Assembly (NCBI GenBank): GCA_965226055.1
Contig: CBDDCA010000005.1
Location: forward strand, 192,001 to 256,000
Reading direction: 5' to 3'
DNA length: 64,000 nt
Source: Spirochaetia bacterium
GTDB lineage: Bacteria > Spirochaetota > Spirochaetia > WTKD01 > G963693115
Each line of letters starts with the position of its first letter. Positions within the stretch are counted from its first letter, which is position 1. Under the pieces are notes generated by a model, which ran no database searches, was not told the origin of the DNA, and was given only the letters and a program-made list of their open reading frames with translations. This document shows, one piece after another, positions 30,166 through 40,929 of this stretch. Made by a program: the position numbers and the translations under genes.

Positions 30166-30567
30166 ATGATATATTTTGACATATTACTTAGCATTTTATT
30201 ACTGTTGATAGCTGTAGAGCATTTTTATTTTTTATTACTAGAAATGTTTTTTTGGACAAGTCCTAAAGTAATGAAAATATTTAAGATACAAAAGAAAGAA
30301 ATTGCAGAAGATAGTAAAACTTTAGCTGCTAACTTAGGGCTTTATAATGGATTTTTAGCAATAGGTATTCTATTAGCAACATTCCGCTTTATGATGTCTG
30401 GAAAATATGATTCCTATGGAACAATTATCTTTCTTCTCATATGTGTTACATGTGCTGGTATATACGGAGCATGGTCAACAAAAAACAAAAGAATTTTCTA
30501 TGTACAAGCCATGCCTGCACTACTTGCCCTCATTGTTATGCATATTCCTATACTCATATTCTTTTAG
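30166..30567 (+). CDS. DUF1304 family membrane protein
   Basis: EHFYF..LEMFFW, LAANLGLYNGFLA, AGIYGA and VQA.PA motifs. Confidence 0.85.
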   Translation: MIYFDILLSILLLLIAVEHFYFLLLEMFFWTSPKVMKIFKIQKKEIAEDSKTLAANLGLYNGFLAIGILLATFRFMMSGKYDSYGTIIFLLICVTCAGIYGAWSTKNKRIFYVQAMPALLALIVMHIPILIFF

Positions 30568-30605
30568 GGTAAATAGTACTAATACATAGTAGCATAAATA
30601 ATACA

Positions 30606-31628
30606 ATGAGTTTTATACCAGATTGGATAGATAGCAGCCCCTTATTACCAATTCCTGCTATACAAAATCTTCCATTATGGTATATAACAAAAGAAGCCAA
30701 CATATCACTAAAAAAAAATTCCTGCACAGATTTTATTCTTTATTCACTTAATGGCAATAGAATCACTTCCCGTCCCTCTTTACAAAAAAATACCACTATT
30801 TCTCCCATTAAGAAAAACAAATATGTACAGACAGAATATTCAATCCTTTACTTACATGGCTACGCTAGCAGTCCAAAAGAACAATATCCTTTAGTTGATA
30901 TCATTAGTAAAAAACTAAAAGCAAATACTATTGCTATCCGTATGGATAGACACGGAACATCACTAGGATCAATGCATTTTCTTTCACAAGAACAATGGTA
31001 TCAATCAGCACTTGAAGGACTTACCGTTGCCAACAAACTAGGGAAAAAAGTTATTGTTATCAGCTGTTCTACAGGCTCCACATTAGGACTACTCCTTTCG
31101 GCTCGAAAAACTGCACATATAGAACAAAGTTTACATATTTGTCTTTCCCCAAACCTTGGCATTTATCTTAGCAAATTAGTAAGAATACTATATTTACATC
31201 CATTAGTACAAAGAGTTATATACTATATCTCGTATCTTGCAAAACATTCAGCAATAGTATTAAAAGCTAAGGCACATAACACATTTCATGAATCTATCAC
31301 TACATTAGATCAACCACTTTCAGCAGTACACCCTATGTTACAACTTGTATATCTACTATGGAACATAAGAAAAAAAACTCCCCATCGCTTCATCGTACCG
31401 ACAACAGTGTTTGCCCAAGAAAATGATAGAGTAGTAGATTTTGCTCTCACAAAAAAATTTTTTAAGAACCTCGCCTCCACCCACTTTGCTCAATTACCTA
31501 CTGCCACATTTACACACTCACATGTTCTTGCGGGCGATGCACTTTCTCCCGATACAACAAACTCTATAGCAAATGCTATACTTACTACCATTACTCACCA
31601 TTTCAAAAACAGAAAGGAGCATGTATGA
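30606..31628 (+). CDS. alpha/beta hydrolase (lipase/esterase-like)
   Basis: YLHGY oxyanion motif, SCSTG nucleophile elbow, D.VVD acid and HVL His. Confidence 0.75.
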   Translation: MSFIPDWIDSSPLLPIPAIQNLPLWYITKEANISLKKNSCTDFILYSLNGNRITSRPSLQKNTTISPIKKNKYVQTEYSILYLHGYASSPKEQYPLVDIISKKLKANTIAIRMDRHGTSLGSMHFLSQEQWYQSALEGLTVANKLGKKVIVISCSTGSTLGLLLSARKTAHIEQSLHICLSPNLGIYLSKLVRILYLHPLVQRVIYYISYLAKHSAIVLKAKAHNTFHESITTLDQPLSAVHPMLQLVYLLWNIRKKTPHRFIVPTTVFAQENDRVVDFALTKKFFKNLASTHFAQLPTATFTHSHVLAGDALSPDTTNSIANAILTTITHHFKNRKEHV

Positions 31629-32416
31629 AAAATATACTACGATACAGTAAAGGACTCATTTATCTATACTTTACTGCCTATTCACTCATCGTATTTGAGC
31701 TTACCATTAGTATCTGTCTCATACTACGAGGAAGAGAAACATGTGATACACTCATCAATACACTGACAGTACAATTAGCTCGACTCTATCGCCTTATCTA
31801 TCGAGTATTACATGGCACACGAGTTATCATTGATACATCCGTACAGCTCCCTTCACATCAATCTCATCTTGTACTATCTAGCCACAAAGGAGCATCTGAT
31901 TTTTTTGTATTACCATTATTACTCCCTACCCCTCCACGTTTTATAGCAAAACAAGAACTAGGAAAAGCCTTCCCTATTGTTAATATTCCTACTATATCAA
32001 AAATACTCACTGTACAAAATCATGCACTCATAGATAGAAACAACACATTAGATTCTCTCAAAAAAATAAAATATTTCTGCCGTTTACAAACAGTACGAAA
32101 AAACAATATACTCTTATTTCCTGAAGGTACAAGACATAAAGCTACGGCCACAAAACCTTTTTTCTCATCTTCAATAAAACTTATACTAAAAACAAGAAAC
32201 ATCCCCATTGTATTAGTGGCTCTTAGTAATGGACATAAAATTGATTCTTTTTTTAATGTACCTCCTAATATCACCTTAAGAGCAAAAGTAATGGGAATAC
32301 ATACTATTGAAAACTTTCATACATTAGAGAAAGATATTGAACAATTTAGAAATACTATTGATACACAACTATTAGAATGGGAAAAAGAAGACAATGAAGC
32401 AAACAAAACCTCATAA
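31625..32416 (+). CDS. lysophospholipid acyltransferase (PlsC family)
   Basis: HKGASD (HX4D), FIAKQEL, IDR and LFPEGTR motifs. Confidence 0.88.
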   Translation: MKNILRYSKGLIYLYFTAYSLIVFELTISICLILRGRETCDTLINTLTVQLARLYRLIYRVLHGTRVIIDTSVQLPSHQSHLVLSSHKGASDFFVLPLLLPTPPRFIAKQELGKAFPIVNIPTISKILTVQNHALIDRNNTLDSLKKIKYFCRLQTVRKNNILLFPEGTRHKATATKPFFSSSIKLILKTRNIPIVLVALSNGHKIDSFFNVPPNITLRAKVMGIHTIENFHTLEKDIEQFRNTIDTQLLEWEKEDNEANKTS

Positions 32417-34325
32417 CATTCCTTCTGTAAAAAAACAGCATCTTATCTCATTTCTCTCTACCATTATCGCCCCACATTCTAAAACTATGCTATTAGGCCT
32501 CCTCTGTCTTATTACAGTAAATATCCTGTTATTGTTTATTCCGTATATTTTCTCTACAATCATAGACAATATTATTACAGAAAATAAAACACTCAGTTCA
32601 TTCTCTTTTCAATCGCGCAGCATGGTATACACCTATGCACTGCTAGGAATTTCAATACTCATATTTATACTACGCATAGGATGGCGAAGTCTTCTTATTA
32701 TTCCTTCATTCAAAATAGAAAATACCTTAAAAAAACACCTTTTTAAGCACTTTCTTCAATTCTCACAAAAATCACAGGAAAAAATTAGCACAGGAGAACA
32801 AGTTTCACTTGTAGAAAGAGAAACACAGCAACTCACACAAGCCATTAGCTGGGGAACCCTTGCTCTTGCTGATGGAATATTTACTGTTATCAGTGTATAT
32901 ACCATACTCATTATTGGATACAGAGAAATTGCATGGGCATCATTACTACTGTACCCTATTGCTTTCATATATGCATTTTTTCTCTTTAAGAATATCAATA
33001 GACAATACGAACAAATTCAAGGAAAAATAGCAGGCATATCAGAACTTACACGAGCAATGTTTGAAAATATTGCTACTATAAAATCACATAACAGTGAGTT
33101 ATTCTATCAAAATAAATTCTTACAAGAAGGAAAAGATATTGTAAAAACACAAATTCGTATATCTTTTCTTACTTCCATGATGTGGCCACTATTTATCCTA
33201 GTCAATGGAATATCCTTGGTATGTACACTGTACTTTGGCATCCGAGCATACACTTTAGGCACAGCAAGTATAGGAGACATATTTGCAGTCATCAGTTATA
33301 TTGCACAGGTAGAACTTCCTTTTTTAGGACTAGGCTTTGCTTTTGATATACAACAAAAAGGATTATCCACCGTACGTCGCATACAAAAAAGTCTCACTAT
33401 CACTCCAAATGTATATACAACACATACTACTACTCAAACAATATACAACCCCACTCGTATAAAAGGAACATTACACATTGACAATCTTGTGTTTCACTAT
33501 AAAAACGAAGAAGCTCTTTTTCAAAAAACATCAAGCAACAAGAACCGCCCCTATAAACATACAGGCACACATACAGATACACACAAAGAACCAAAAGATG
33601 CCCAAACAAAGCAGTTTACGCTTGGTCCCATTACCTTACACAGCAAAGCAGGCACATGGATAGGAATCACTGGCAAAATAGGCTCTGGAAAAAGCACTCT
33701 TGCAAAACTTATTACTCGAATATACGAAACCGAACAAAGCAATGCAATACAGTGGGACAATATTCCTATTCAAGCATTAGATCTCTCCTTGTTTAGAGAA
33801 CAAGTATTCTATCAAGCACAAGACTTTCATCTCTTTTCTGTCTCAATAGCACAGAACATTGCATTTAATGAAGAAGAGTTAAGTAAGCACACACAAGAAA
33901 AAGCCATCACCTTTGGAACATACAGTGCCCTAGAACAAGATGTAAGCATTTTTCCACAACAATGGCACACTCAAATAGGAGAAGATGGCATTTTGTTATC
34001 GGGAGGACAAAAGCAACGCATTTCACTTGCACGTACTCTTTATGCGCAAGTTCCTGTTCTCATACTAGACGATATATTCTCAGGACTTGACAATCAAACA
34101 TCTAAACAAGTATTACAAAATTTACTCAACATACGAAGCAACAAAACAACTATCATCATTAGCCATAATCTTCCTATTATCAGTAACACAGACAAAATTA
34201 TCGTTATGGACAATGGAAAAATAATTGAGGAAGGCACTCATTTCAACTTATTAAAAAACCCACATTCAGTATACTCTACAAGCTGGAAAGAGTATCTGAT
34301 AGATCAAGGGGAATATTATGAGTAA
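32394..34325 (+). CDS. ABC exporter, fused TMD-NBD, subunit 1 of heterodimer
   Basis: GKIGSGKST, LSGGQKQR and degenerate Walker B ILDD. Confidence 0.9.
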   Translation: MKQTKPHNIPSVKKQHLISFLSTIIAPHSKTMLLGLLCLITVNILLLFIPYIFSTIIDNIITENKTLSSFSFQSRSMVYTYALLGISILIFILRIGWRSLLIIPSFKIENTLKKHLFKHFLQFSQKSQEKISTGEQVSLVERETQQLTQAISWGTLALADGIFTVISVYTILIIGYREIAWASLLLYPIAFIYAFFLFKNINRQYEQIQGKIAGISELTRAMFENIATIKSHNSELFYQNKFLQEGKDIVKTQIRISFLTSMMWPLFILVNGISLVCTLYFGIRAYTLGTASIGDIFAVISYIAQVELPFLGLGFAFDIQQKGLSTVRRIQKSLTITPNVYTTHTTTQTIYNPTRIKGTLHIDNLVFHYKNEEALFQKTSSNKNRPYKHTGTHTDTHKEPKDAQTKQFTLGPITLHSKAGTWIGITGKIGSGKSTLAKLITRIYETEQSNAIQWDNIPIQALDLSLFREQVFYQAQDFHLFSVSIAQNIAFNEEELSKHTQEKAITFGTYSALEQDVSIFPQQWHTQIGEDGILLSGGQKQRISLARTLYAQVPVLILDDIFSGLDNQTSKQVLQNLLNIRSNKTTIIISHNLPIISNTDKIIVMDNGKIIEEGTHFNLLKNPHSVYSTSWKEYLIDQGEYYE

Positions 34326-34374
34326 TATACCAAACAATATCTTATAATAAAAATAAAGAATCTCCTTACTAAAC

Positions 34375-36192
34375 ATGAATAATAAAAAGACAAGATCCAC
34401 CTATATACAAGCACTAACACTCTTAAAAACACAAAAACTACTGGTAACAATAAGCATACTTCTTACTATTATATCCTCTCTCTCCAATACATATCTCGCT
34501 CTTATGTTACGTGATGCAATAGATGTTCTTACACAAGAAACATTACAAGATACAACAATACGAAATTTTATTATCAAATATATTAGCATTGCAGCCATAA
34601 GCTCTTTTGCCTTATTTTTACACTCAATAGTAAGCACTATTTTAATTGAAAAAATATTACTCAGTGTACGACAAAAAGTAGTAATACATGCTTTCTCGCA
34701 CTCTATGGATTTTTTTACAAACGAACCAATAGGCAAACTCATTACCCTTACTACCCGTGATTTAGATGCCATTGGTAATTTTTTTAGAAACATACTCACA
34801 CAAATTATCAGCAGTAGCATAGCTTTTATCATAGTAGTAGTAACCCTTTTTATTCTTAACACCTATCTAGCACTTATCACACTTGGCATTGTCCCCTTAT
34901 TGATAGTATTGGTAAACTACTTTCGCAAAAAAATTCTCAAAAAATCAAAAATTGTTCGTGAAAACACAGAAAAAATAAACATTTACCTCACAGAACATTT
35001 ACAAGGAAAACTTGACATACAGCTTCATAACAAACTGGATACCAGCAACAAAAAGTTTACTTCTATTGCAGATACCTACTATAACAGCAGACGTAATCTT
35101 GCTCTACAAGAAATGCTACTACGCCCCTTCCTCAACCTTATGCTCATTATCATAACCATTGTTGTTATTATTTCAGGAAGTATACTTAGCATAAAAGGAT
35201 TTATTACCATTGGAGTTATCATTGCATATATTCAACTTATAGACAGATTTTTCTTTCCTCTCATTACCATCGCTCAAAACATAAATCAGGTACAAGAATC
35301 ACTCATAAGCTTCAATAAAATTTTTACATTTCTTTCTACCAAGCCAAGCATTACAGAGAATGCTCCAACAGAAAGCATCCTTACACACAAAGACACTGCT
35401 ACACCAACAAAAAACTCTCCTCTCCATACTCACCATCATATCTCACAAAAAACACTTGAGCTAGAATTTAAGAATGTCAGTTTCGCATATAAAGACGACA
35501 CTTTAGTACTAAAAAATATACATTTTACACTATCACCAAATAAAACTATAGCCTTAGTGGGACATAGTGGCTCAGGAAAAACTACGATAGTAAAACTTTG
35601 CATGCGATTTTGGGATGTACAACAAGGAAGCATTACCTTAAATGGCATTGACATCCGAAACATTCCTGTCCATTCTCTACGAAACAATATAGCCTTACTT
35701 CATCAAGATAGCCTCATATTACATGGCAGTATCCGAGAAAATATAGAAATGGGAAGACATATACAACAAAAAGAACTTGACATACTCGCAGAAAAAAGTA
35801 ATCTTGATACAATAATGAAGCGTTCTCATCTGACATGGGACAGTGTAATACATAAAAAACAACTATCAGTAGGAGAACAACGCATTATAGCAATCTGTCG
35901 AGTATTAGCAAATGCTCCAAGCATAGTATTACTTGACGAATTTAGTGCAACACTAGACAATAATACCGAAAAAACAATACAGTCACTTCTAAAAGAACTA
36001 CAAAAAAAGAGAGGAACACTCATTATAGCTCATAGGCTCAATACCATAAAAGATGCAGACGAAATAATATACCTAAAAGAAGGGGAAATACTAGAAAAAG
36101 GAACACATACACATTTATTACATAAAAAAGATCATTACTATAATATGCTTCAAAAGATGCGTGACACTATTGTAGAAAAAACAAAAATATAA
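34375..36192 (+). CDS. ABC exporter, fused TMD-NBD, subunit 2 of heterodimer
   Basis: GHSGSGKTT, degenerate signature LSVGE, LLDE and IAHRL. Confidence 0.9.
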   Translation: MNNKKTRSTYIQALTLLKTQKLLVTISILLTIISSLSNTYLALMLRDAIDVLTQETLQDTTIRNFIIKYISIAAISSFALFLHSIVSTILIEKILLSVRQKVVIHAFSHSMDFFTNEPIGKLITLTTRDLDAIGNFFRNILTQIISSSIAFIIVVVTLFILNTYLALITLGIVPLLIVLVNYFRKKILKKSKIVRENTEKINIYLTEHLQGKLDIQLHNKLDTSNKKFTSIADTYYNSRRNLALQEMLLRPFLNLMLIIITIVVIISGSILSIKGFITIGVIIAYIQLIDRFFFPLITIAQNINQVQESLISFNKIFTFLSTKPSITENAPTESILTHKDTATPTKNSPLHTHHHISQKTLELEFKNVSFAYKDDTLVLKNIHFTLSPNKTIALVGHSGSGKTTIVKLCMRFWDVQQGSITLNGIDIRNIPVHSLRNNIALLHQDSLILHGSIRENIEMGRHIQQKELDILAEKSNLDTIMKRSHLTWDSVIHKKQLSVGEQRIIAICRVLANAPSIVLLDEFSATLDNNTEKTIQSLLKELQKKRGTLIIAHRLNTIKDADEIIYLKEGEILEKGTHTHLLHKKDHYYNMLQKMRDTIVEKTKI

Positions 36193-36217
36193 CTTTCTCT
36201 TCCAATAAAAACATCTT

Positions 36218-37894
36218 TTAATTAGCTCTCCATCTTTCTTTCAAAGATACAGTATAATTAAAATGCAATGCATTTTTCTCTCTACTTGTTATAGCATCAA
36301 GTATATAATACCCTTTTCGTAAAAACTGTAAAGGAACAGGAACAAACTCATTATCAAAAGAATGTAATTGTACAATAAAAGGCTCCGCTTTTACTGTATG
36401 TATATGCATAAACGAACGAGGGTTTATATGCTTATGTATATCTTGTAAATCTACTTGTTCAGGATTATCATGTGTAAATAAATGTTCATAATGATGTATC
36501 TCAATATCTACCGCATGCTTTACTGACACCCAATGTAATGTACCTTTTATTTTTCTTCCATCTTCTGACCAGCCTCCCCTTGTTGTAGGATCATATTCAG
36601 CATGAATTTCCTGTATGTTCCCCTGCTCATCTTTTATCACATGAGTACACGTAATATAATACGCATACTTTAAACGAACTTCTTTTCCCGGACTTAAGCG
36701 AAAATACTTTGAAGGCGGGTTTTCATTAAAATCTTCACGTTCAATATATAAAACACGAGAAAAAGGCACTTCATGAACCCCAGACTGCTCATCTTCAGGA
36801 TTATCAGAAACAGAAAATATTTCCTCTTTTTCTTTGGGGTAATTAACAATCACTAATTTTATAGGATCTAATACTGCCATAAGTCGCAACGCTCTTTTGT
36901 TGAGATCTTGACGCAAACTTTCCTCTAATCGATTATACTCTATAGTAGAATTTACTTTCGTTATGCCTACCTCTTTACAAAAATTTTGAACCGCTTGAGC
37001 AGTATACCCTCTTCTTCGCAGTCCTGCCAAAGTTCCCAACCGAGGATCGTCCCATCCCTCTACTATTTTATTGTCAATGAGAAACTTTACTTTTCGTTTA
37101 CTTAATACAGTATGAGAAATACTCAGACGCGCAAACTCTATTTGTTGTGGATGCAGCTCTTGTACATGAACATGTGAAATAAACCAATCATATAAAGGAC
37201 GATGTACCTCAAACTCTAAAGTACATAAAGAATGCGTAATACCCTCTATAGCGTCAGATAAGCAATGTGCATAATCATACATAGGATATATACACCATGT
37301 AGTACCAGTATTATGATGAGGCTGATGTTTAATACGATATATAACAGGATCACGCATCGTTATATTAGGATGTTGCATATCAATTTTTGCACGTAACAAA
37401 CAAGTTCCATCTTCAAACTTACCTTGTCGCATATCCTCAAATAACGATAAATTTTCTTCTATTGTTCTATCACGATACTGACTATTTGTACCTACCTGTG
37501 TTGGTGTCCCTCGCTGTTCCTTTATTTCTTGAGCTGAGCTATGATCAACATAGGCAAGGTTTTTCTTAATCAATATAACTGCATAATCATATAATTGCTG
37601 AAAATAGTTTGAAGTATACTTTGGTTCTCCTTCCCATGAAAAACCAAGCCATTTTACAACATCAATAATAGCATCCACAAACAGTCCTTTCTCTCGTTCA
37701 GGATTAGTATCATCAAACCGTAAATTACATGTTCCCCCAAACTCCTTTGCAACAGAAAAATTCAATACTATTGATTTTGCATGTCCAATATGTAAAAACC
37801 CATTTGGTTCTGGAGGAAAACGAGTATGAATTTTCTTAATAATACCTGCATCTAAATCATCGCGTACTTTTTTTCTAATAAAATCTTCTGGCAT
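36218..37894 (-). CDS. glnS: glutamine--tRNA ligase
   Basis: TRFPPEPNGFLHIGHAK, LRFDDTNP, WCIYPMYD, THSLCTLEF, LSKRK, GWDDPR and anticodon-binding beta-barrel motifs. Confidence 0.96.
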   Translation of the reverse strand: MPEDFIRKKVRDDLDAGIIKKIHTRFPPEPNGFLHIGHAKSIVLNFSVAKEFGGTCNLRFDDTNPEREKGLFVDAIIDVVKWLGFSWEGEPKYTSNYFQQLYDYAVILIKKNLAYVDHSSAQEIKEQRGTPTQVGTNSQYRDRTIEENLSLFEDMRQGKFEDGTCLLRAKIDMQHPNITMRDPVIYRIKHQPHHNTGTTWCIYPMYDYAHCLSDAIEGITHSLCTLEFEVHRPLYDWFISHVHVQELHPQQIEFARLSISHTVLSKRKVKFLIDNKIVEGWDDPRLGTLAGLRRRGYTAQAVQNFCKEVGITKVNSTIEYNRLEESLRQDLNKRALRLMAVLDPIKLVIVNYPKEKEEIFSVSDNPEDEQSGVHEVPFSRVLYIEREDFNENPPSKYFRLSPGKEVRLKYAYYITCTHVIKDEQGNIQEIHAEYDPTTRGGWSEDGRKIKGTLHWVSVKHAVDIEIHHYEHLFTHDNPEQVDLQDIHKHINPRSFMHIHTVKAEPFIVQLHSFDNEFVPVPLQFLRKGYYILDAITSREKNALHFNYTVSLKERWRAN

Positions 37895-38044
37895 ATCACC
37901 CCTCTCTCCACAAAATATTCACTACTTATTATAATATAGCATATACTAAAATATAGGAAAGATATTTCATCATTAGAATTTCCAGTACATACATCAACTA
38001 ACATGAAAAAATATAGTAGCACTTACGAAACATTCCTCATTACA

Positions 38045-38101
38045 TTATTGCGATACATTCTCATCATAATATATATGTTTTGAATCATAAAGAAAAGAAG
38101 C
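38045..38101 (-). pseudogene. decayed remnant of a PEBP-like C-terminal domain downstream of the 38102 stop
   Basis: In-frame translation past TGA gives ASFLYDSKHIYYDENVSQ*, aligning with DVLPRDSKYLYNNGNVSPQ of paralog 40930-44289. Confidence 0.65.
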
Positions 38102-40684
38102 TCAATTAGTCAAAGAAGCCGAATTTCCTATAGATTGTTTCTTAAAAATTGACACATTCATACTTGTTCCTTTAAACATATCCTTCCAATTTGTTACTTT
38201 ACGAACATCCCAACCTGAAATATCTTGATAGAACACCTTTGCATTATCAAACATATAGGACATGTTCACTACATTTTCTGTATTCCATCTTGATATATCT
38301 TGATTAAACACTGTCGCATTACTAAACATATATACCATATTTTCTACATTACCTACATTCCAATCTGCCACATTTCCATTAAATGAAGATGCATAAAAGA
38401 ACAATCCTTCCATATTTCTCACATTTCTTGTGTTCCAATCGGATATATCTTGATTAAACATTGTCGCATACGCAAACATATACCCCATATCAGTAACACT
38501 ACTCGTATTCCAACTTGATATATCTTGATTAAACATTGTTGCTTTGAAGAACATAATATTCATATCTTCAACATTACTGGTATTCCAGTTTGATATATCT
38601 TGATTAAAAGATACTGCAGTATGAAACATACCTTTTGTATTTGTCACCTTACTTACATCCCATGCAGATATATTTTGATTAAAGTCTTTTGTATGAGCAA
38701 ACATACCCCCCATATCAATAACATTACTGGTATCCCAACCTGATATACCTTGATTAAACACTTGTGCATATGCAAACATGTAGGACATATCTATTACATT
38801 ACTGGTATTCCAATTTGATATATCTTGATTAAATCTTCTTGCTCTATAAAACATTCTGTTCATATTTTTTACATTACTCGTATCCCAATCGGAGATATCT
38901 CTATTAAACTTGGGCAGATCCTCATGATATATATAAGTCCTATAATCAGAGGAAAACATATAGCTCATATCAATAACATTACTGGTATCCCAATCTGATA
39001 TATCTTGATTAAAATATCGTGCACTCCCAAACATATAGGACATATCCGTTACATTACTCGTATCCCACTGAGATATATCACTATTAAAATTAAATGCCCG
39101 ATAGAACATTTTGTGCATAGTCGTTACTCTACCTGTATTCCACACCGATATATCACCATTAAAAGAATTTGCTCCTGAGAACATTTTACTCATAGTTACT
39201 ACATTACTTGTATCCCAGCCCGATACATCCACTATCACAAAAGGAGCTAGCTCAAACATAGATTCCATCGTAATAACATTACTTGTATCCCACTGGGATA
39301 TATCTCTTTGAAATACATTTGTTTTATAAGAACTCTGTGTTGGATGATATACAAAATACTCCCCTGAAAAACCATAAAACATATAACTCATATCAGTAAC
39401 GCTACTTGTATCCCACTTTGATATATCACCATTAAACGCTTTTACTCCATAAAACATACGACTCATATCTGTCACATTACTCGTATTCCAACCTGAAATA
39501 TCTCCCTGAAACAATACCATATCTTTCAATAACGAACTCATATCAGTAATAAGACTTGTGTCTATTATGTTTAAGTCTGCTTTATTCCCTTGCTTTTGTA
39601 TTTCTGCCTCTATAATATTACGCAACTCCTCTTTCGTTTTCGGTCTATACTGAGATATACTAGTTCCCTGCTCAATATGTACTGTTACCGTAGTCTTTGC
39701 TGTCCCTCCATAGTCTCCATTTCCACTATATGTTATTGTATAAGTAGTGTACGATACTACCTCAGTAGGCACTCCTGTTATTTCTCCTGTAGCCGAATTT
39801 AACTTCAATCCTGCAGGCAAAAGAGAACTTACACGAAAAACACCTGTCGCCTGTTTTGGAATTGTATGCACTGTAACTACCTCTATTGCTTTTCCTACTT
39901 TCCCAATAAGCTCTGACTTACTTGTCTGTATGCTTATAATTCCCTCCTTTAGTTGCGAAGGAATACAATGTTGTACAGCTACTATACTCACCGCATTTTG
40001 ATACATATCCATATATACAAGCTCTACCTTATACGCTACATCATTCATAATATTTAATCCAATATGCCCAATAGACTCCCTTCCTATTGCAATATCTTGT
40101 ACAATCACTTCCCGAACCTTTTTAGTAACAATGGTATGTACTCTTACTTTCAAAATACTAATATCAGTATTGCTTTTATCTATACTCTCTTTATCCCATA
40201 CAAGATATATATCTTTTTCTACTTTTACTATCCGCACAGACTGTAATCTATCTTGTGGAGCAGTAGTATCTTCAAAAATTGCTACCGATTTCTTTATTTC
40301 TGATGACTCCTTTTTTCCTGTTCTTGCCTTTATTTTTATCTCGTATTGTGTCTTCTGTTGCAATCCTTTTAATGTATATTTTTGACCATTTTTCTTATAT
40401 TCTGATGCTGGTATCACAACCTCAATAGGCGTATCGCCTGATACAGGAACTGCTATTATAACCACTTCTTCTGCTTTTTTTGGAGCTTTCCAACTAATCT
40501 GTATACTACTCTCATCATCTATACCCCTCATTACTACTTCAGACAACGCTAATGAAATATCAACCTTCTCTTCTTCTTTCGCTATATCCTTCAATAATGT
40601 GTTTATATTTAATCCATCACAAGCAGAAAGTATAAACATAAAAATAATCCATAGTAATACATGAACCCCCATCATTTGTTTCAT
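38102..40684 (-). CDS. surface lipoprotein A: Fn3-like pair + He_PIG Ig-like domain + 17 DUF285/BspA-type repeats
   Basis: Lipobox ILSAC, LPAGLKLNSATGEITGVP, 25-aa FNQDIS.W.TSNV..M..MF repeats; GAGGAG RBS before ATG 40684. Confidence 0.9.
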   Translation of the reverse strand: MKQMMGVHVLLWIIFMFILSACDGLNINTLLKDIAKEEEKVDISLALSEVVMRGIDDESSIQISWKAPKKAEEVVIIAVPVSGDTPIEVVIPASEYKKNGQKYTLKGLQQKTQYEIKIKARTGKKESSEIKKSVAIFEDTTAPQDRLQSVRIVKVEKDIYLVWDKESIDKSNTDISILKVRVHTIVTKKVREVIVQDIAIGRESIGHIGLNIMNDVAYKVELVYMDMYQNAVSIVAVQHCIPSQLKEGIISIQTSKSELIGKVGKAIEVVTVHTIPKQATGVFRVSSLLPAGLKLNSATGEITGVPTEVVSYTTYTITYSGNGDYGGTAKTTVTVHIEQGTSISQYRPKTKEELRNIIEAEIQKQGNKADLNIIDTSLITDMSSLLKDMVLFQGDISGWNTSNVTDMSRMFYGVKAFNGDISKWDTSSVTDMSYMFYGFSGEYFVYHPTQSSYKTNVFQRDISQWDTSNVITMESMFELAPFVIVDVSGWDTSNVVTMSKMFSGANSFNGDISVWNTGRVTTMHKMFYRAFNFNSDISQWDTSNVTDMSYMFGSARYFNQDISDWDTSNVIDMSYMFSSDYRTYIYHEDLPKFNRDISDWDTSNVKNMNRMFYRARRFNQDISNWNTSNVIDMSYMFAYAQVFNQGISGWDTSNVIDMGGMFAHTKDFNQNISAWDVSKVTNTKGMFHTAVSFNQDISNWNTSNVEDMNIMFFKATMFNQDISSWNTSSVTDMGYMFAYATMFNQDISDWNTRNVRNMEGLFFYASSFNGNVADWNVGNVENMVYMFSNATVFNQDISRWNTENVVNMSYMFDNAKVFYQDISGWDVRKVTNWKDMFKGTSMNVSIFKKQSIGNSASLTN

Positions 40685-40809
40685 ATTATTGCTCCTCTTA
40701 TATAAAAAATACATGCGTTCATTAGCATTATAGTATCACTAATTATACTAGTAACTATACATATAAAATCAAGTATTTTTTATATTATTTTTTGATATTA
40801 CCAATAATA

Positions 40810-40839
40810 AGCAAATGTATACTTTAGTATACATTTGCT
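40810..40839. repeat. perfect palindrome/hairpin (14-2-14)
   Basis: AGCAAATGTATACT-TT-AGTATACATTTGCT. Confidence 0.8.
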
Positions 40840-40863
40840 ATTGTGAGATTCTTATACTAGCAA

Positions 40864-40889
40864 TGCTATACACTATTGAGTGTATAGCA
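40864..40889. repeat. perfect hairpin (11-4-11), possible terminator of lipoprotein B
   Basis: TGCTATACACT-ATTG-AGTGTATAGCA, 40 bp past the stop at 40930. Confidence 0.75.
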
Positions 40890-40929
40890 GACTCTAGCCT
40901 TAAAGCCAGTGAAAAAACAGAAAATCTTG

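Noticed and set aside
34318-34374. Coupled ATG with AAGGGG RBS in frame with ABC subunit 2 (possible readthrough)
   Set aside because: Three in-frame TAA stops intervene and the 34375 ORF already looks full length.
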